Assembly: GCF_036321535.1 (NCBI RefSeq)
Contig: NC_087463.1
Coordinates: forward strand, 12,462,001 to 12,526,000
DNA from: Camelus dromedarius
Lineage: Eukaryota
Reading direction: 5' to 3'
Length of the DNA: 64,000 bases
Shown here: piece after piece, positions 22,346 to 35,240 of the stretch
Numbering within the stretch: the stretch's first letter is position 1
Layout of the letters: the number at the start of each line of letters is the position of its first letter
Made by a program: the position numbers and the translations under genes
Notes under the pieces: model-generated
Databases searched by the model: none
What the model saw: only the letters and a program-made list of their open reading frames with translations
What the model was told of the DNA's origin: nothing

Positions 22346-25300
22346 AGTTGTTTTAAAGATTGTTGGAGTTTCTTAAATTGTGTGATAGGTACCCTATTTA
22401 TCCCATTTTAACAGTGCCTGTTACATATTAAATGATGAATTAATTACATATTAAATAATGAATACATATTTTTATGTAATAGATGCTCAGAGAAAATTTG
22501 TTCATTTATTCATTTTTACATAAAGACAGTCTCTCAAAAACTCTGAGGGCATCTCCATACATAGGCTGGTCTTTGAATGATTTCACTTAAGAGAAAGCTC
22601 TTTTGTAGCTTCTTATACAGAGTATGATTTTTTAAGAAAGGCAGCAAGAAAAAGAAGTTACCATGGCTAAGATGCTTTGTGGTGGTTTCTGAGATGGTGA
22701 CACTGACTTTAACACGACTAAGGCAGAGAGAATAGAACCCAGAGAAGTGGGCAAAACCTCGTTCTCTGACTGACCAAAAGTCAGCGCCCAGCTCTTGGGA
22801 AACGTGTGATGAGGACACAAGTGCATGCAGTCTATCCAGAGATAACCTTTGCATGACGTTCTGTGCTCAGTTACATAGTCTGGAAAGATCAAGGTGACAG
22901 CAGCTTCCCGAGACAAAAAGTCATATGAACATCAGGCCGGAAAACCACTTTCCTGGGGAAGAAACCGCTGACTCTGGGACAGAGTTGGCAAAACTAGAAA
23001 ACCTCCCATTATCTCCTTTTGCACAGAGTTGGCCCCTCAGGTGTGAAGGCACCAAATGCTAATACCCAAGTAGGTATGCATAGTTCGAGTCTGTAGACCA
23101 GCTCCATGATAATGAATGTACACTCTCCATCCTCAAGCTTGGAGTAACTTGGTTCCACTGGAGACAAGAGAACAAGGATCAGGCTGCTGAGTGACTGACG
23201 ATTTGAACTGAACTTCTGAGGTCTCCCGAGTCTTCCTTCAAGCAGCCACACAGCACAGGCTTCAAGTGGGGTAAGCTCGGACGTGCACACTCAGATGCAA
23301 GTCTCCTCCCCTAGAACCCGAATCTCCCAGGGAATGATCAACTTTTCCCTCCACTTGGACTGTTTTCTCATCAATCTTTGGTAAAAGACGATGCGGTGCA
23401 GGGAGCAACTTACCCTTTAAACTAATGGAATCAGAACAGACCTATTACTGGCTAATGTCTCCAGGGAAGAAAATTCTTACCATGTATTATGTTCCAATTT
23501 TGGAACCAACGGATACCTACTGAGACATTAAGTTCATTCTTCATTGACGCTGCTTTTGTGGTTCCATCATCATTACAATGCACCTGGGAGAGAGACTTGG
23601 GAACAGTACATGGAGGCTCTGCTCTGTCGCACATGTGGCTGTGCACATCAAAAGCAGTGAGGGATGCAGGGATGAAATTAACTCAGTTTAGGCTAAAACA
23701 TCACTTCTGTGGGACTCGAACAAGATGAATGAACTAAAGTTTCCTGAAGTGTTTTGTTACTTCTTTGCAATCTGGGAGAAAACTGATAATAATGTACCTA
23801 ATAAGGATTAAACTCCGGATATTTCAGTGTTTGCAAAAATGTTAGTTTAAACCCATAAGTTCTTATGGGGGACAAAAACCGACTGGAAGGAAAGAGATTC
23901 ACTAAAATGTTAAGATTTGTTTTCTTTGAGAATAATGATTTTTCTCCTCTATTTTTCTTTATTTCAAAGTTTTCTAAGAAGTATATGTTTTCTTACATAG
24001 TGGACAAAATGTATGTTACATTACATTCGTTTATCTAATTTCTTCTAGAGTACTGAAAAAAAAAAAAAAGAAAGAGAGAAAGAGAAAATTAGCTTATTTC
24101 CTGATATGACAGATGGATGTCTGCAAAGTACATTTTAAAAATGATTTTAATAAATGGGAGTAGGCAAAATAATAACATTTTTCTGGCATTTAAGCCTAAT
24201 ATAAATGAGTAAAAAAAAAAAAGGCACAGCCCTAACTTAATGAAGTATTTCTGCCAAAAAATCATTCATTTTTATTTGTCATGTGGATTAATCCATGTTA
24301 TTCCTCCAAACCCCCACCATTATTCTATCTCTGTTTCCTCCCTGTCATCTTACCGTTCTATTTTTCTTTCTCCCCATCTCTACGGTTATTGTTCAGATCA
24401 AACTACATGTGTAATTGTTCTAATACATAAAAGAAAGGTGTTTGTCTTTGGAGGTAACAGACTTAGGATTTTGTACATTTCTTTTCCATCTTGCTTCCTA
24501 CTCATGAATCACATGGGTGTGAATTGCTCTATATTGGTCATTAAAATGAGGTAGATATTATTCTAATTCAAGAAATAGATAGTAACTGAGATATATTTGC
24601 AATTAATGGGAATTTTTGATATGTTGATATTACAAGTCAACATTTAAAGATGCATTTCTCAGCCCACATACACGAAAATGTATATTTTAAGCTGCTATAA
24701 GTACCATAAGTACAAAAATTGTTCGTGTCTGAAACAGTTTGTACTTCTGCATTGGCAATTTTCTTGGTCTATTATAAACAAATGCACATTCTGGAGAGCA
24801 CATTTAAATGCATTATTTCCGTGCTTAAAAATGTACTCTTTAAAAAAGAGCATTAAAAGAAATGTTAATGTAGCCGTTTTACTAATTTCACGCGGGCAAA
24901 AGGTGAATCAGTTGAAGGTCGGGGAATTCAGATGAAATATCCTGTGTTGACAAGCTGTGTGATCCTGCACTTTCAGCGCAGCAGTGACTCCGTCAGGCTG
25001 AGCCTCACCCTACGTGTGACCGATGTCAGCAGACCAGGGAGACGGTCTACAGCGTCTAGTACCGACCGCGAGCTTCCCGGTCAGAGAAATCTGTGTGCAA
25101 AAGTGGTAAATGGTACCCATCTCAAAGGGCTCCTGTAAATGAACCAATGCACATGAATCATTTCACGTACTGTGTGTTCTGCCGCAAATACTCAGGCAAG
25201 GGCACCTGCCGCAGCTTTGCTATTGACACTCCCCTCCATCTGTCCGTGACCCACTCTTTTACCCCATAAAGCGGAGCCAAGTTCTCCCCCTGGACCCAAA

Positions 25301-25613
25301 CTGGTTCGAGTGCTGATGCACACAGCCAGTTTCCCTGATTTCCTGCGATGTCTGCCGTCCAGCAACATGGATGAATTCAGCTCCCACTGTGGGTCTCGTG
25401 CCACTACAGGCAGACCCTCGGAAGACTGAAGTAGATTAGGGAGCGAAGTAAACAAAATAAAGACTTTAAAACTAACACTCTCGGTGCTACGATTCCTCCA
25501 GTCCACACTGGGCTTCCGATTCCTAGCCCGCCACTTCTCCCCTTGCTTGCCAACTCCCAGATCTGGCTTTTCCATTGGAAAGAGTTAATCAGCTTTCCAT
25601 GAGAGCTCAATTT

Positions 25614-25616
<3 letters not shown>

Positions 25617-25674
<58 letters not shown>

Positions 25675-25676
25675 AC
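25617..25676. repeat. (CA)n microsatellite
   Basis: About 25 uninterrupted CA units followed by a short interrupted tail. Confidence 0.95.
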
Positions 25677-25804
25677 TAGCAGGCATTGAAACAGTAAAAT
25701 ACTATTTATTTCGTATTTGCAATTTTAACTCTTTAAAAGTAGCAGAAATTGACCACATTATTATCACATAGATTTGCCCTTAGCCCTGCTGCACACTCTC
25801 TCCA

Positions 25805-25852
25805 TCTCTCTCTCTCTTTCTCTCTCTCTCTCCCCATCTCTCTCTGTCTCCT
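25805..25852. repeat. (TC)n-rich simple repeat
   Basis: tctctctctctctttctctctctctctccccatctctctctgtctc. Confidence 0.85.
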
Positions 25853-25859
25853 GTAGATG

Positions 25860-26350
25860 TAACACTCTGGAGGTGTGAGACCAATCCTACATTGACTGGG
25901 ATGAACAGAAGGAGCCAGAGCCCAAGACAAGCAGCCCCTTCTGCGGAGCTGCCCCCACCTCCACCCCCGCTCAGCCGTGGGGCTGCTGCAGTCTTTGGAG
26001 CCGTCTCTCATGGGGACCTGACTTATTTCTCAGGGTCTGGGTCCATGCTTCAGTGACCTGCCCAGTTCTCTTTCCAAGGCAGGTGGTGGGGAAAGGACGG
26101 TGGCTTATTCCTGCCAGTGACCCAAAGATGGAGACCTGCACTGGGTTCCCCCTGTGAAACTCCCCTTTGGAGTAATTCCCTTTCTAAACTCCCTCACCCT
26201 GATGTGGGGCCTAGCTGTCTGGATTTCTCAGCAGCGCCTCCTCCCTGATTCCTGGGATGCTGGTACCTGCTAGTCGACTGTCTTGGGTGATAACCCCCTC
26301 CTTGCCACTCCACTCTCTAGACACAGAATTGCCCTAACTGGCTGCATGTC
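25860..26350. mobile_element. Possible old ERVL-type LTR (LTR16/33-like)
   Basis: GC-richer block bounded by tgtaac... and LTR-like segments; the family is not confidently recognised. Confidence 0.3.
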
Positions 26351-27789
26351 TTTTGTCCCCAGCATCTGTGTGCCATCCCAACCACCACGCCCCCGTCCCT
26401 AACAGTGTGCCCCCTCCCCCGTCTCACTTAGTCTGCCTCTTCCCACTGCCCACTGACTTCTTGGCTCCCTCTCTGATGTGGAGGACCCAAGGATGTGCTT
26501 GCAGTTGAAGCTTTTGAGCCCAGGAGTGTCACAGTCAAAGAACAGGTAGGCTTTGAGTTACATGGATCTTTTCCCCTCTCTATTAATTTAGTTCTGAATC
26601 TGTAAATGCCATCTAGGATTCTTTAGAAGTTTTCTCAATCAGCGTTCGTTGTATGAAAAATCCTCCAACTTGCTTCATTGCTGTCTGTCAAGAGAATTGA
26701 TGCTCTGTTCTTTGTCCCGCTGTGCATCACCTTAGAGGCACTTCTCTGTTTACTAATGCCCCGAGAGCAGTATTTTTAACCGATGAGAAGGTTGGAAAAG
26801 TAGCCTTGAAACAGACCCAAATCAAACAGAATAAAAGATAACATTGAGGCTGCTCGAGATGGAAATGTTCATGTTCCTTTGATACAAATCATATTTATAT
26901 ATAGGATCAGGGAAGAGATATGTCTATGTATTTATATCTGCCAGGATTTGTAAGCAAGCCATCCCTCCCTTCCCATAAGATGGGGAGCTGGAGCCTCAGC
27001 AGGGGTAAATGAGCTTCCTGCAGGTTTAAGAAGCTGTTTCCTGATCCAAACCGGGGTGCTTGAGCAGTTCCGATAATGAAACGAAATGAATTTTCGACTG
27101 CTATAGAAATGCCGTTCAGCCGACCCAGACAAGCATCTCCACTGGTGCTCACACGGAAAATGAGTTTATCACAGATGTTCCATCTCTTAAAAGTCTTCCT
27201 CCCATTTTATTTTAAGTAACTCGCTCTCTGACTGGGTTCTTTGCAAGGTTATCCATCTCTAGGTAGCAGCAAGCATCTTGCGGGTACCGTTCCTTAAAGC
27301 AGTTGCAGCAAATGCATTTGTAACCTGGCCACCTTGTTAGGGGCACAGGAGCCAGGCTGGGCCAGCACCAGCCAGCAGCCACCTGCATACACAAACATGC
27401 TCACTCCCATTTCCGAACTATTTTAGGAATGTCCTGATTAGAAAGATTTATTTACTTACGCGTTTACATTTGTAATTCTTTCCATGTCCCTGAGGTTTGA
27501 ACACGTAAGAATATTAAATTCCTATGACTCAAAATGACCGTAAGAAAGCCAAACATCAAACTGAGAAAAACATTTGCAATAAATGACAAGGGTTTATGAT
27601 TCTTTTACAGAAATTGGTCTTACCAACCGGTAAGGAACAAATAAACCCTTCCACTCACCTTCCCCACCTAACTACGTACAGGGCAGGACCAGGTAATTTG
27701 CAAAAGATAATGTATAACTGGTCAATACGTGCATGGGAAAATTGTAGCTCTCCAGTAATCAAACAAATATTTTCCAAAAATGAAAGAGG

Positions 27790-28200
27790 TACCAATTTTT
27801 GTTTAAAATGAAATCAAATGAAAAATTTAGTGCTTGTAGGTGTAAAAATGATAAACATTCTTTTTCAAGTGGAAATATAAATTAGTTCTCTTGTTTTAGA
27901 AGTTAGTTTATTTAGACTGCAAGTTGATGGCTGCAATTAGTAAGAAGTACTTAATAAGACGATAAAAATATTCACTTTACCATGTTAATCGATCATTCCA
28001 GGCTCTTAAAAATATATAATGTAGTTGCTAAAAATATACATATATAGTACTAATCAACACGTTTATAAGAAAAAAGTCTAGAAAATAATAGATCAAAGTA
28101 TCAGTGGTTATTTAAAAATTACAGACTTTGCCTTCTATTTTTTCTTTTTGCTTTCCTATATTTTTCACCTTTTCGAAAGTATCATTTTTTATATTAGAGG
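27790..28200 (+). mobile_element. L1ME 3' end fragment
   Basis: AT-rich L1ME-like text (gtctagaaaataatagatcaaagtatcagtggttat...ttttgctttcctatattttt). Confidence 0.45.
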
Positions 28201-28996
28201 AAAAAATTAAAACATTGTATATTTGTGTTAAAAATATACCTACATGCTATATAGTTCTCTTGCTAAGAAGTTTGAATGTCTAGTACTTTGAACAGTTTAC
28301 AACCCCCCCTTATATTTAAACAGTGCTTAAGGCAAGAAGGACTTTCTGCAGCAGAAAGTCAAGTCATGTGTATGAGTTATGGAGCGTGAGAGCCGCAGGT
28401 GGCCTATCAGTGTCGTTACTCTGTAATTATACGTAATGTTGTAAATCCTAGTTTTCAGTTTTCCCCTGGTATGTTTTTGTTTAAAAAGAAATTGCTAACA
28501 CATATTATTATACAACCACCATCAGTCTACTTTTTGAGAAAATGAACTGAATTTTGAAAAGCGGCTTTGGGGTTAGTTCTGTGGCCCTGATGTTAGTGGT
28601 GTCCTGGGCAGAGATTGGAATTCGTTGCAGAGTCCAAGCGTAGTTTAAGTGGCATCTTTGCTGATGCCTGAATTTTATAGAACCTCGCAATCTACAGTCC
28701 ATTGCATAACTCCAAGGTTGAGGGGTTGCACCTGGCTAAGATGAGCTGGCTTGGCAGGATGCAGGCTAACAAATGCAGAAATCTCCTATGTCTATGAGGA
28801 TGGACTCCGAGAGACCCTGCTGTGTTTCCAGAAAGTCTAATGGGAACTTCATTCATCCAAATCTTATTACCCATGCACGTAACCAGTGCTGCAGCTTTGG
28901 GGACCGGCAAATAGTACACTGTCAATCTTGGAGAAAGTAGCTATCTTTGCCAAGCATCTTGACTCCAGTGAAGATGTGTATCAATTTGCAATTATA

Positions 28997-29368
28997 GGCT
29001 TTGGGCCAAGATGGTGGAGTAGAAGGATGAGAAGCTCACCCTCTCCCACGAACACAGCAAAAACAATATCTACGTACGGAGCAATTCTCACAAAATGTCT
29101 ATTGAACTTTGGCAGAATATCTCTTACAATCAGAAACACAAGGAAATCCTCACAAAACCAGACAAACAACAAGTTTATGTTGTAAAACACAAGGAACTAT
29201 ATTCAATATCTTGTAGTAACCTATAACAAAAAAGAATGTGAAAACAAATACACATATGTATATGTATGATTGAAACATTATGCTGCACACCAGAAATTGA
29301 CACAACATTGTGAACTGACTATACTTCAATTAAAAATGGAAAAAATAAAATCTAATGGAAGAAATAAA
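28997..29368 (+). mobile_element. Short L1 5'-end/3'-end chimera (spliced or internally deleted L1 retrocopy) with TSD
   Basis: 28997-29161 is L1 5'UTR start-like (ccaagatggtggagtagaaggatgagaagctcaccctctcccacgaacac...). 29162-29335 is an L1 3' tail followed by an A-rich tail. ttgcaattata occurs at 28986-28996 and 29369-29379. Confidence 0.8.
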
Positions 29369-29639
29369 TTGCAATTATAATAAAATGACAGTATCACTTA
29401 ACACAAGTTATTATCTGACCTGGTTTTGGTATCAATGTAAATCTCTGATTTTCATATATCAACATGGTGGTCATTCAATTTTGTGTGCATTTCATATATG
29501 TGTGTGTGTATGTATGTGGCTGAATATTTTATAAATATTATTTTTGTTAATTCTTTAAAAAGTCTTTGAATTTATAACTATCCCATTATATAAAAAGGCA
29601 AAACTAAGTCTTACAAGAGTTTGAATAATTGCCCATTAC

Positions 29640-29745
29640 TACAGAGCTGGAGAAGGAAAGGTTAAGTATGCAAGCCTTGGAGACAAACAGAACTGAGTTC
29701 TAATCCCAGTTCCACCACTGACTTGCCATCTGACACCCAGAACTT
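29640..29745. mobile_element. MIR fragment
   Basis: ttggagacaaacagaactgagttctaatcccagttccaccactgacttgc. Confidence 0.55.
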
Positions 29746-30000
29746 TCCCTAACCTCTTCTCTCTCACCCCTCATGGCCTCTCTCCAGAAATCTAATTGAA
29801 TTCTTTACTTGGTAATGGTTTAGGAGAGACAAAGTTGAAAGTTGCCAGACCTCTTATGGTCTCAGCCTCCCTTACAGTTAGAAATAGCCTCGTAACACAG
29901 TTCTGGACAAGAAAAATGCCTGCAAGAATCCTTGGGGATGGAGAAACTGATAAAAATAAAGGACAAAGTCTCTGTAGGAGAAAAGTCAACCTTCCTCCCC

Positions 30001-30033
30001 TCATTCCGTCGCCTCATTCCGTCGCCTCATTCC
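30001..30033. repeat. 13-bp tandem repeat (tcattccgtcgcc) x2.5
   Basis: Exact copies at 30001-30013 and 30014-30026, plus a partial copy. Confidence 0.9.
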
Positions 30034-31979
30034 CCTTTTCCCTGCCCGAAGTATGTGACATTTATAACTGCAACCGTCCTCTTGTTGCCATGAGGTGACA
30101 GCAGTGATGAGGACAAAGGCTACATACATACATACTAAGGATGGCAAAGCAGAAACATGGGATGACGTATGTCTCTGATGGCACCAGACTGCCCTTCACC
30201 TCATTAAACAAAAAAAAATCTCTGCGTGTTTTCTCTGCTGTTACGTTCTGTATTCTTAGACCCCAACCCATTCCAACTGATGAAAAAGAGAATCATTGTC
30301 ATTGAACATAAACCCCAGTTCATGTTTACTATACTCATACTGCACACTTTCACTTGTATCCATTAACCCATTCATTCAACAAATTTTGAATGTTATACAG
30401 AAGGAATGTTTCCAGGTGCCAGGACTATGGTGAAAAACTAGATATAAGTCCCTGAACAACTGGAAATGACACTGGACCTCCTGGAAACTCGGGCTCTGCA
30501 AGAGATGCTTCCTGACAAACCGACTGTTCGTTCAAGAGCCATATTTTTGCAAAATCCACTGATTTCCAACCTAGGGATGAGCTTACCCAGGGAGTCCATT
30601 TTGGGTGATTCTCTCATTTCAACAACTAAATTGTGAGCTTCTCAAGGTGAGAGACTGTGATTTGTGCTTCTTCCATGCTTTAGTCTTTTTTCCACTGGGT
30701 ATTTTATAATAAAGTCTTGTTGGTTGACTCATTTCTTGGCCAAAGTGGAGAAACTGTACATTTTGCCAAAAATACCTTTCCAGCAGCCTCTACCTCACCT
30801 TCATCTACCATACGTCCTTCAAGGCAGATTAGAAACCCGGACCAGGTCACTTACATTTCTAGCCACTCTCTGCTGTCTCTCTGGTTTATATATCCTATAC
30901 AACCTAGGTTTATTTACTCTGTTCTTGGCTGAAATTTAGCTCATACAACTTCTCCTTTTGGTGGATTCCGGCAAATCTCCTCACACTCAATGCCATTCCT
31001 TTAAGCTCTGTTCCAGCACAGAGCTTTCTTTGTTCGTGAGAATTCCGATAGTGTCATCACAGCTGCACACAACTATACAGGAATGTGTCCGTCACTTTTT
31101 CAGGAAGGGAGACACAACGCATGGTTTCCGAAGCACTAGGGCACAATGTATGTGTACAGAAAAGCATATGTCAAAAAGATTTTGGTTTCCTAATGCCAGG
31201 ACAGCTGTAAGCCTGAAACAGACAAAAACATACGTATGAAATGGAACGCATTTGCCTTGAGCAGGCAAAGAGTGTCAGCTCCGTGTATGGACGTATACTG
31301 TTCCACATCGATGGACTATTGGCACATTATAATTTAACCTCATATTGCAAAGATTCTTCATGTAAATGGCTTAGAAAAAATCTGTAGGCAATTATTGTTA
31401 ATACCAAGCAATTTACAGCATACGGGGATTCCAGTTCCTGTTACAAACTAGTCAACTGCATCATTCTAAGCTCATCATTATGAAGAGGAAGCGTGGAGAG
31501 GTTAAGTGGCTTGATACAGACCCCACAGCCAGTCACAGGGAACAGCAAATCTACAAGAGGCCGGGAAGCAATGCAACTCATCCCAGAAACGGCATTTTCT
31601 CCCAAGTTCCTTGCACCACAGCAGTCCCACAACACTGCTGTCCTCTTCCCTGCTGTGTTCCCAGCTCACTCATTCATCAGGTTCTTCTCAGTGGTCCATT
31701 AACCTTCAAAGAGTTGAGCAAATACAGTCAAAGGTATTACAATGGATGTATGGATGCAGTGGAATTTGAATACCTGCCTGCGAATAACAGGCAAAAGGAC
31801 ACTGACAGAAACGTTATTTCCCCAAGTAACAGACTATTTTAATCAGCATGTAGGTGACTAGACATATGAAGAGCACGCTTTCTTGTATCGGTGCTTCCAG
31901 AGTATCTAGCCTTGGTAGCCTGCATCTACCCTTCTTGAGCTAACAATCAAGAATTATTAAAACTCCCCTGATACGAAAA

Positions 31980-32540
31980 AGCACATTTAAACACGAAGGT
32001 CTAGGCCTCGCATGTCACGCTCAGACACAGTACGCTGCAGAATTAGTAATGACCGCAAACAGAGAGAAAATCCTCGCCCCCCCCCCCCCCCCCCCCGCGA
32101 GAGCTCTTTGTTTCCGCGGTTTGCGTTGCTTTGGTAACCGCCTTGAACTTCATCATGCCCAAGTCCCTACTTTTGTGGAACAATTAACATCAAAGCAAAA
32201 TATCTGACAGGGTTTTTTGTGTCTAACAAATTTCTTAATTAAACCCAAGAGTTCCTTTTTTTTTTTTTTTCCCCTCGCATTGAAGATTTATGTGCTCACC
32301 CAAAGTTACCATATGCCCCTAAAACCACACGTCCTGGCCCTTATTGTTTTAAAAGCTGGATGCAGCCACACCTGATATAACTACAAAGGCGGACTCCCCC
32401 GGCCGTTCGCCGGTCAGACCACACCTGGGCCAGCCCCCCACTAATCGATCCCACGCGCTGTGCACGTGGAAATGTGCCGGACAGGGGTCTCCTAATGACT
32501 TCCAGAGCCCAGAACCTCGTGAATCCCAGCAAGCGTGTGT
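31980..32540. promoter_or_regulatory. CpG-enriched putative enhancer or weak promoter with a C20 run
   Basis: Local CpG excess; C20 at 32077-32096; ACATCAAAG (TCF/LEF) at 32187-32195; adjacent AACAAT (SOX); TTAATTAA; CACGTG at about 32464. Confidence 0.45.
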
Positions 32541-34779
32541 CTAAGTTTTAATTGAGAGGTTGTGCCTCTTGTTACTTATTTTTAATAAGAACTCCTCAAC
32601 AAGGAATATTTTCTGAGATCTTTGCTGCTCAAGGAGCAGCCCTCAGACCAACAGCTTCTGCATCTTGTGAGATCTTGTCAGAAATGAACAACTGAGGCTC
32701 CAGCCAAACCAGCGGCACCCACATCTCCAACTGGACAAGCACACTAAACTGGAAGAAGCACTGAAGTCTGGGAGAGGTTTGGTCAAGTTCCCCTTTCTAG
32801 ACTTGAAGCTCACTCACACTCATTGTACAGCCAATGAGTTTTCCTCTCTTACAGACGTAAAATACAATTAACAAATCATGGTATATTATGAAGTGATACT
32901 AAAAATTTCAGAAGTGTCCTCAAAGATAAATATTGGATGTTGCAACAAGCAGAGTGTATAATGATTGCAAAGTTCCTTTAAGAAATCTTTCTTATCCAAA
33001 ATCATGCTTATTAACTTTAATATTGCTGCCAAGTTATAGAGGGGTCTGTTGACCTCATGTCACATAAGGGGGCGAGTTTATGATTGACTTTCACAGAAGT
33101 CGATCATTTCTGACTTAAGGAGTAATAAAAAAAAGGTCAGAAAATCACCTCCATTTAAAGCAGCTTGCCTGGTGTCTGCTTCCCCACCAGATGGCTTGGA
33201 TTTTTTGGAAAGAGATTATTTTAAGCCAGGGACTTGGACCAGTGTGGATAGAACCTAAGCTGTAATTGACACTCTGGAGATAGAACGTAACAGCGGAGTA
33301 GGAAGCGCTCTGGTCTCCACCTCTTGGTGTGATGTTTCTGCATTGCTGTTAATTTTTAAGTCCCGAAAGTAAGTCTAGTCTAAGCAAAGTGAGTCATCCA
33401 CTGACTTGAAAAAGCAAAGAGCTAAAGGGAAAGAAGCACAACTCTAAAGAAAAGCTGTCAATTTTTAACAAACTTCAGATTCTACATATTTAGTTTTGTT
33501 TGATCCCCTTCAAATTAAACACCCTAAGGGGCCCAGATACTTTTATTCCTGTGATGTTACCCTGGCCAGAAGCATATTTTTCTAACTCATCTTTGAATCC
33601 TGGCCTCAAAGTAATCTGGTGAGCATCACAGAAAAATGACAAGATTTTGTCCACACTGGTTATTTTTAATTTTAAGTGTTGCTATCCAGCCTTGCCTCCC
33701 ACCTTATCTCCCGAAGTTAGCTCCCAGGGATCTCAAACAACTTCCCTAAAACTGAGAAACACACTCTCAAACATATCTTGCACCGTGTGATGAATTCAAA
33801 TTTTATGTCCCAGCTTTGTTCCAATCAAGAATTCCAAAGCAGTTTTGGCCAACAGGAAAATGATGTCATCACCAACTCCCCAAGTTTCTCTTTGTGAAGA
33901 TAGAAGATGCTCAGAGGAGGATAAAATGCTCAGAGTATTTGTAAAATACAAGGAGTATCAGAGTGCCCCAGACTTAAGGACACCTGTAGGAATTCTGGTA
34001 GGATTTGGCAAAGATCGTTCAATTCAGTGATCAGCCCTGCATCATCATGTATAACAATCATCTAACTACGTACACATGAATTACACAACTAGTGAACTCT
34101 CGAAAGAGTTTTTCACCTCTCAAAAACCCTTAATCCCAGCTCCTCTGCTCTAGCTCCCTATAGAGTAAGCCAGAAATAGAGGCAATCAGCTGCCCCAGAG
34201 GGATCTGCCATGTGACTAAGGCTCTGCGCGTGTGTGCCTGTGTGTGCAGCCATGTTTCTAAGTGCACATTCGTAACCATATACGTCACTTTGAGTCTATT
34301 TTTTCTGCACACACAAGTCAATGAATATGCGAGCTCACCTCTAGTAGCATGGAGATTTGAGAAATAATAGTATTACATTTTAGCTTCCAACCCATGGGGG
34401 AAAAAATGCTAGAACAGTCTGTCCCCATCATGAGGACCAGGGCAGGCATTACCACATGGGCCAGGGCCAGGGCAACAAGGGTGCAGGGCACCATGTGCTA
34501 GACGGCTGAGTTGTCCCAGGGTGTTGGGACAAACACAGTCCTGCACTGGGGATGCCCAGCACCACCTCCCAGTTCCAAGGGCCAAAGTCTGGGCCAAGTA
34601 TAAGTGGCAGAGTCCAGCGTTTGAAACCCATCAGAGCATGGAGCTGTCCATGAGCTGTCATAGATGACTCGTCCATCCCAGTGGAGCCCCATAAGCCTCA
34701 GTGGAGACAAAACCCTTGAGAGTCCTTGGACGTACCTGTGTGCTGCTTTATAAGGGCCTCAGTGGCCTGGAGAAGAGGT

Positions 34780-35240
34780 GGTGACTACTTACAGGAAATC
34801 TGGAATCAGACGACCTGGATTCAAATTCTAGCCCTGCCATTTTCAAACTGTATGATATTATGATTACCACTCACTCTACACCAAAAATGCTAAATATTTT
34901 TAGTAACCACTTATCCAGCAAGTATATGTTTTAGGGGACACAGCAATGGAGAAAAATCCCTATCTCTGATACTTTTACCAAAGTGATGATAGCACTCATT
35001 TATTGGGTCCTTGCTCTGTAGCTGGATCGATTAAGGTGCTTTATGCATATCATCTTAATTAATTCTTAGAGCAGTTCTATAAAAGAGGTATTAATTATGT
35101 CCACTTTTCAGCTGAGGAAATTGGGGCTTAAGAAGTTAAATTACTGAAGTTTACAAAATTACCAAGTGTCAGAGTGGGAGTCTGAGCCAAGTTGTTTTCT
35201 GTTCACAAAGCCTGAGTGCTTAACCACTTACACTATCTAA
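34780..35240. mobile_element. MIR fragments
   Basis: gacgacctggattcaaattctagccctgcc and ccacttttcagctgaggaaattggggcttaagaagttaaatta...ctgagtgctttaacc. Confidence 0.6.
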
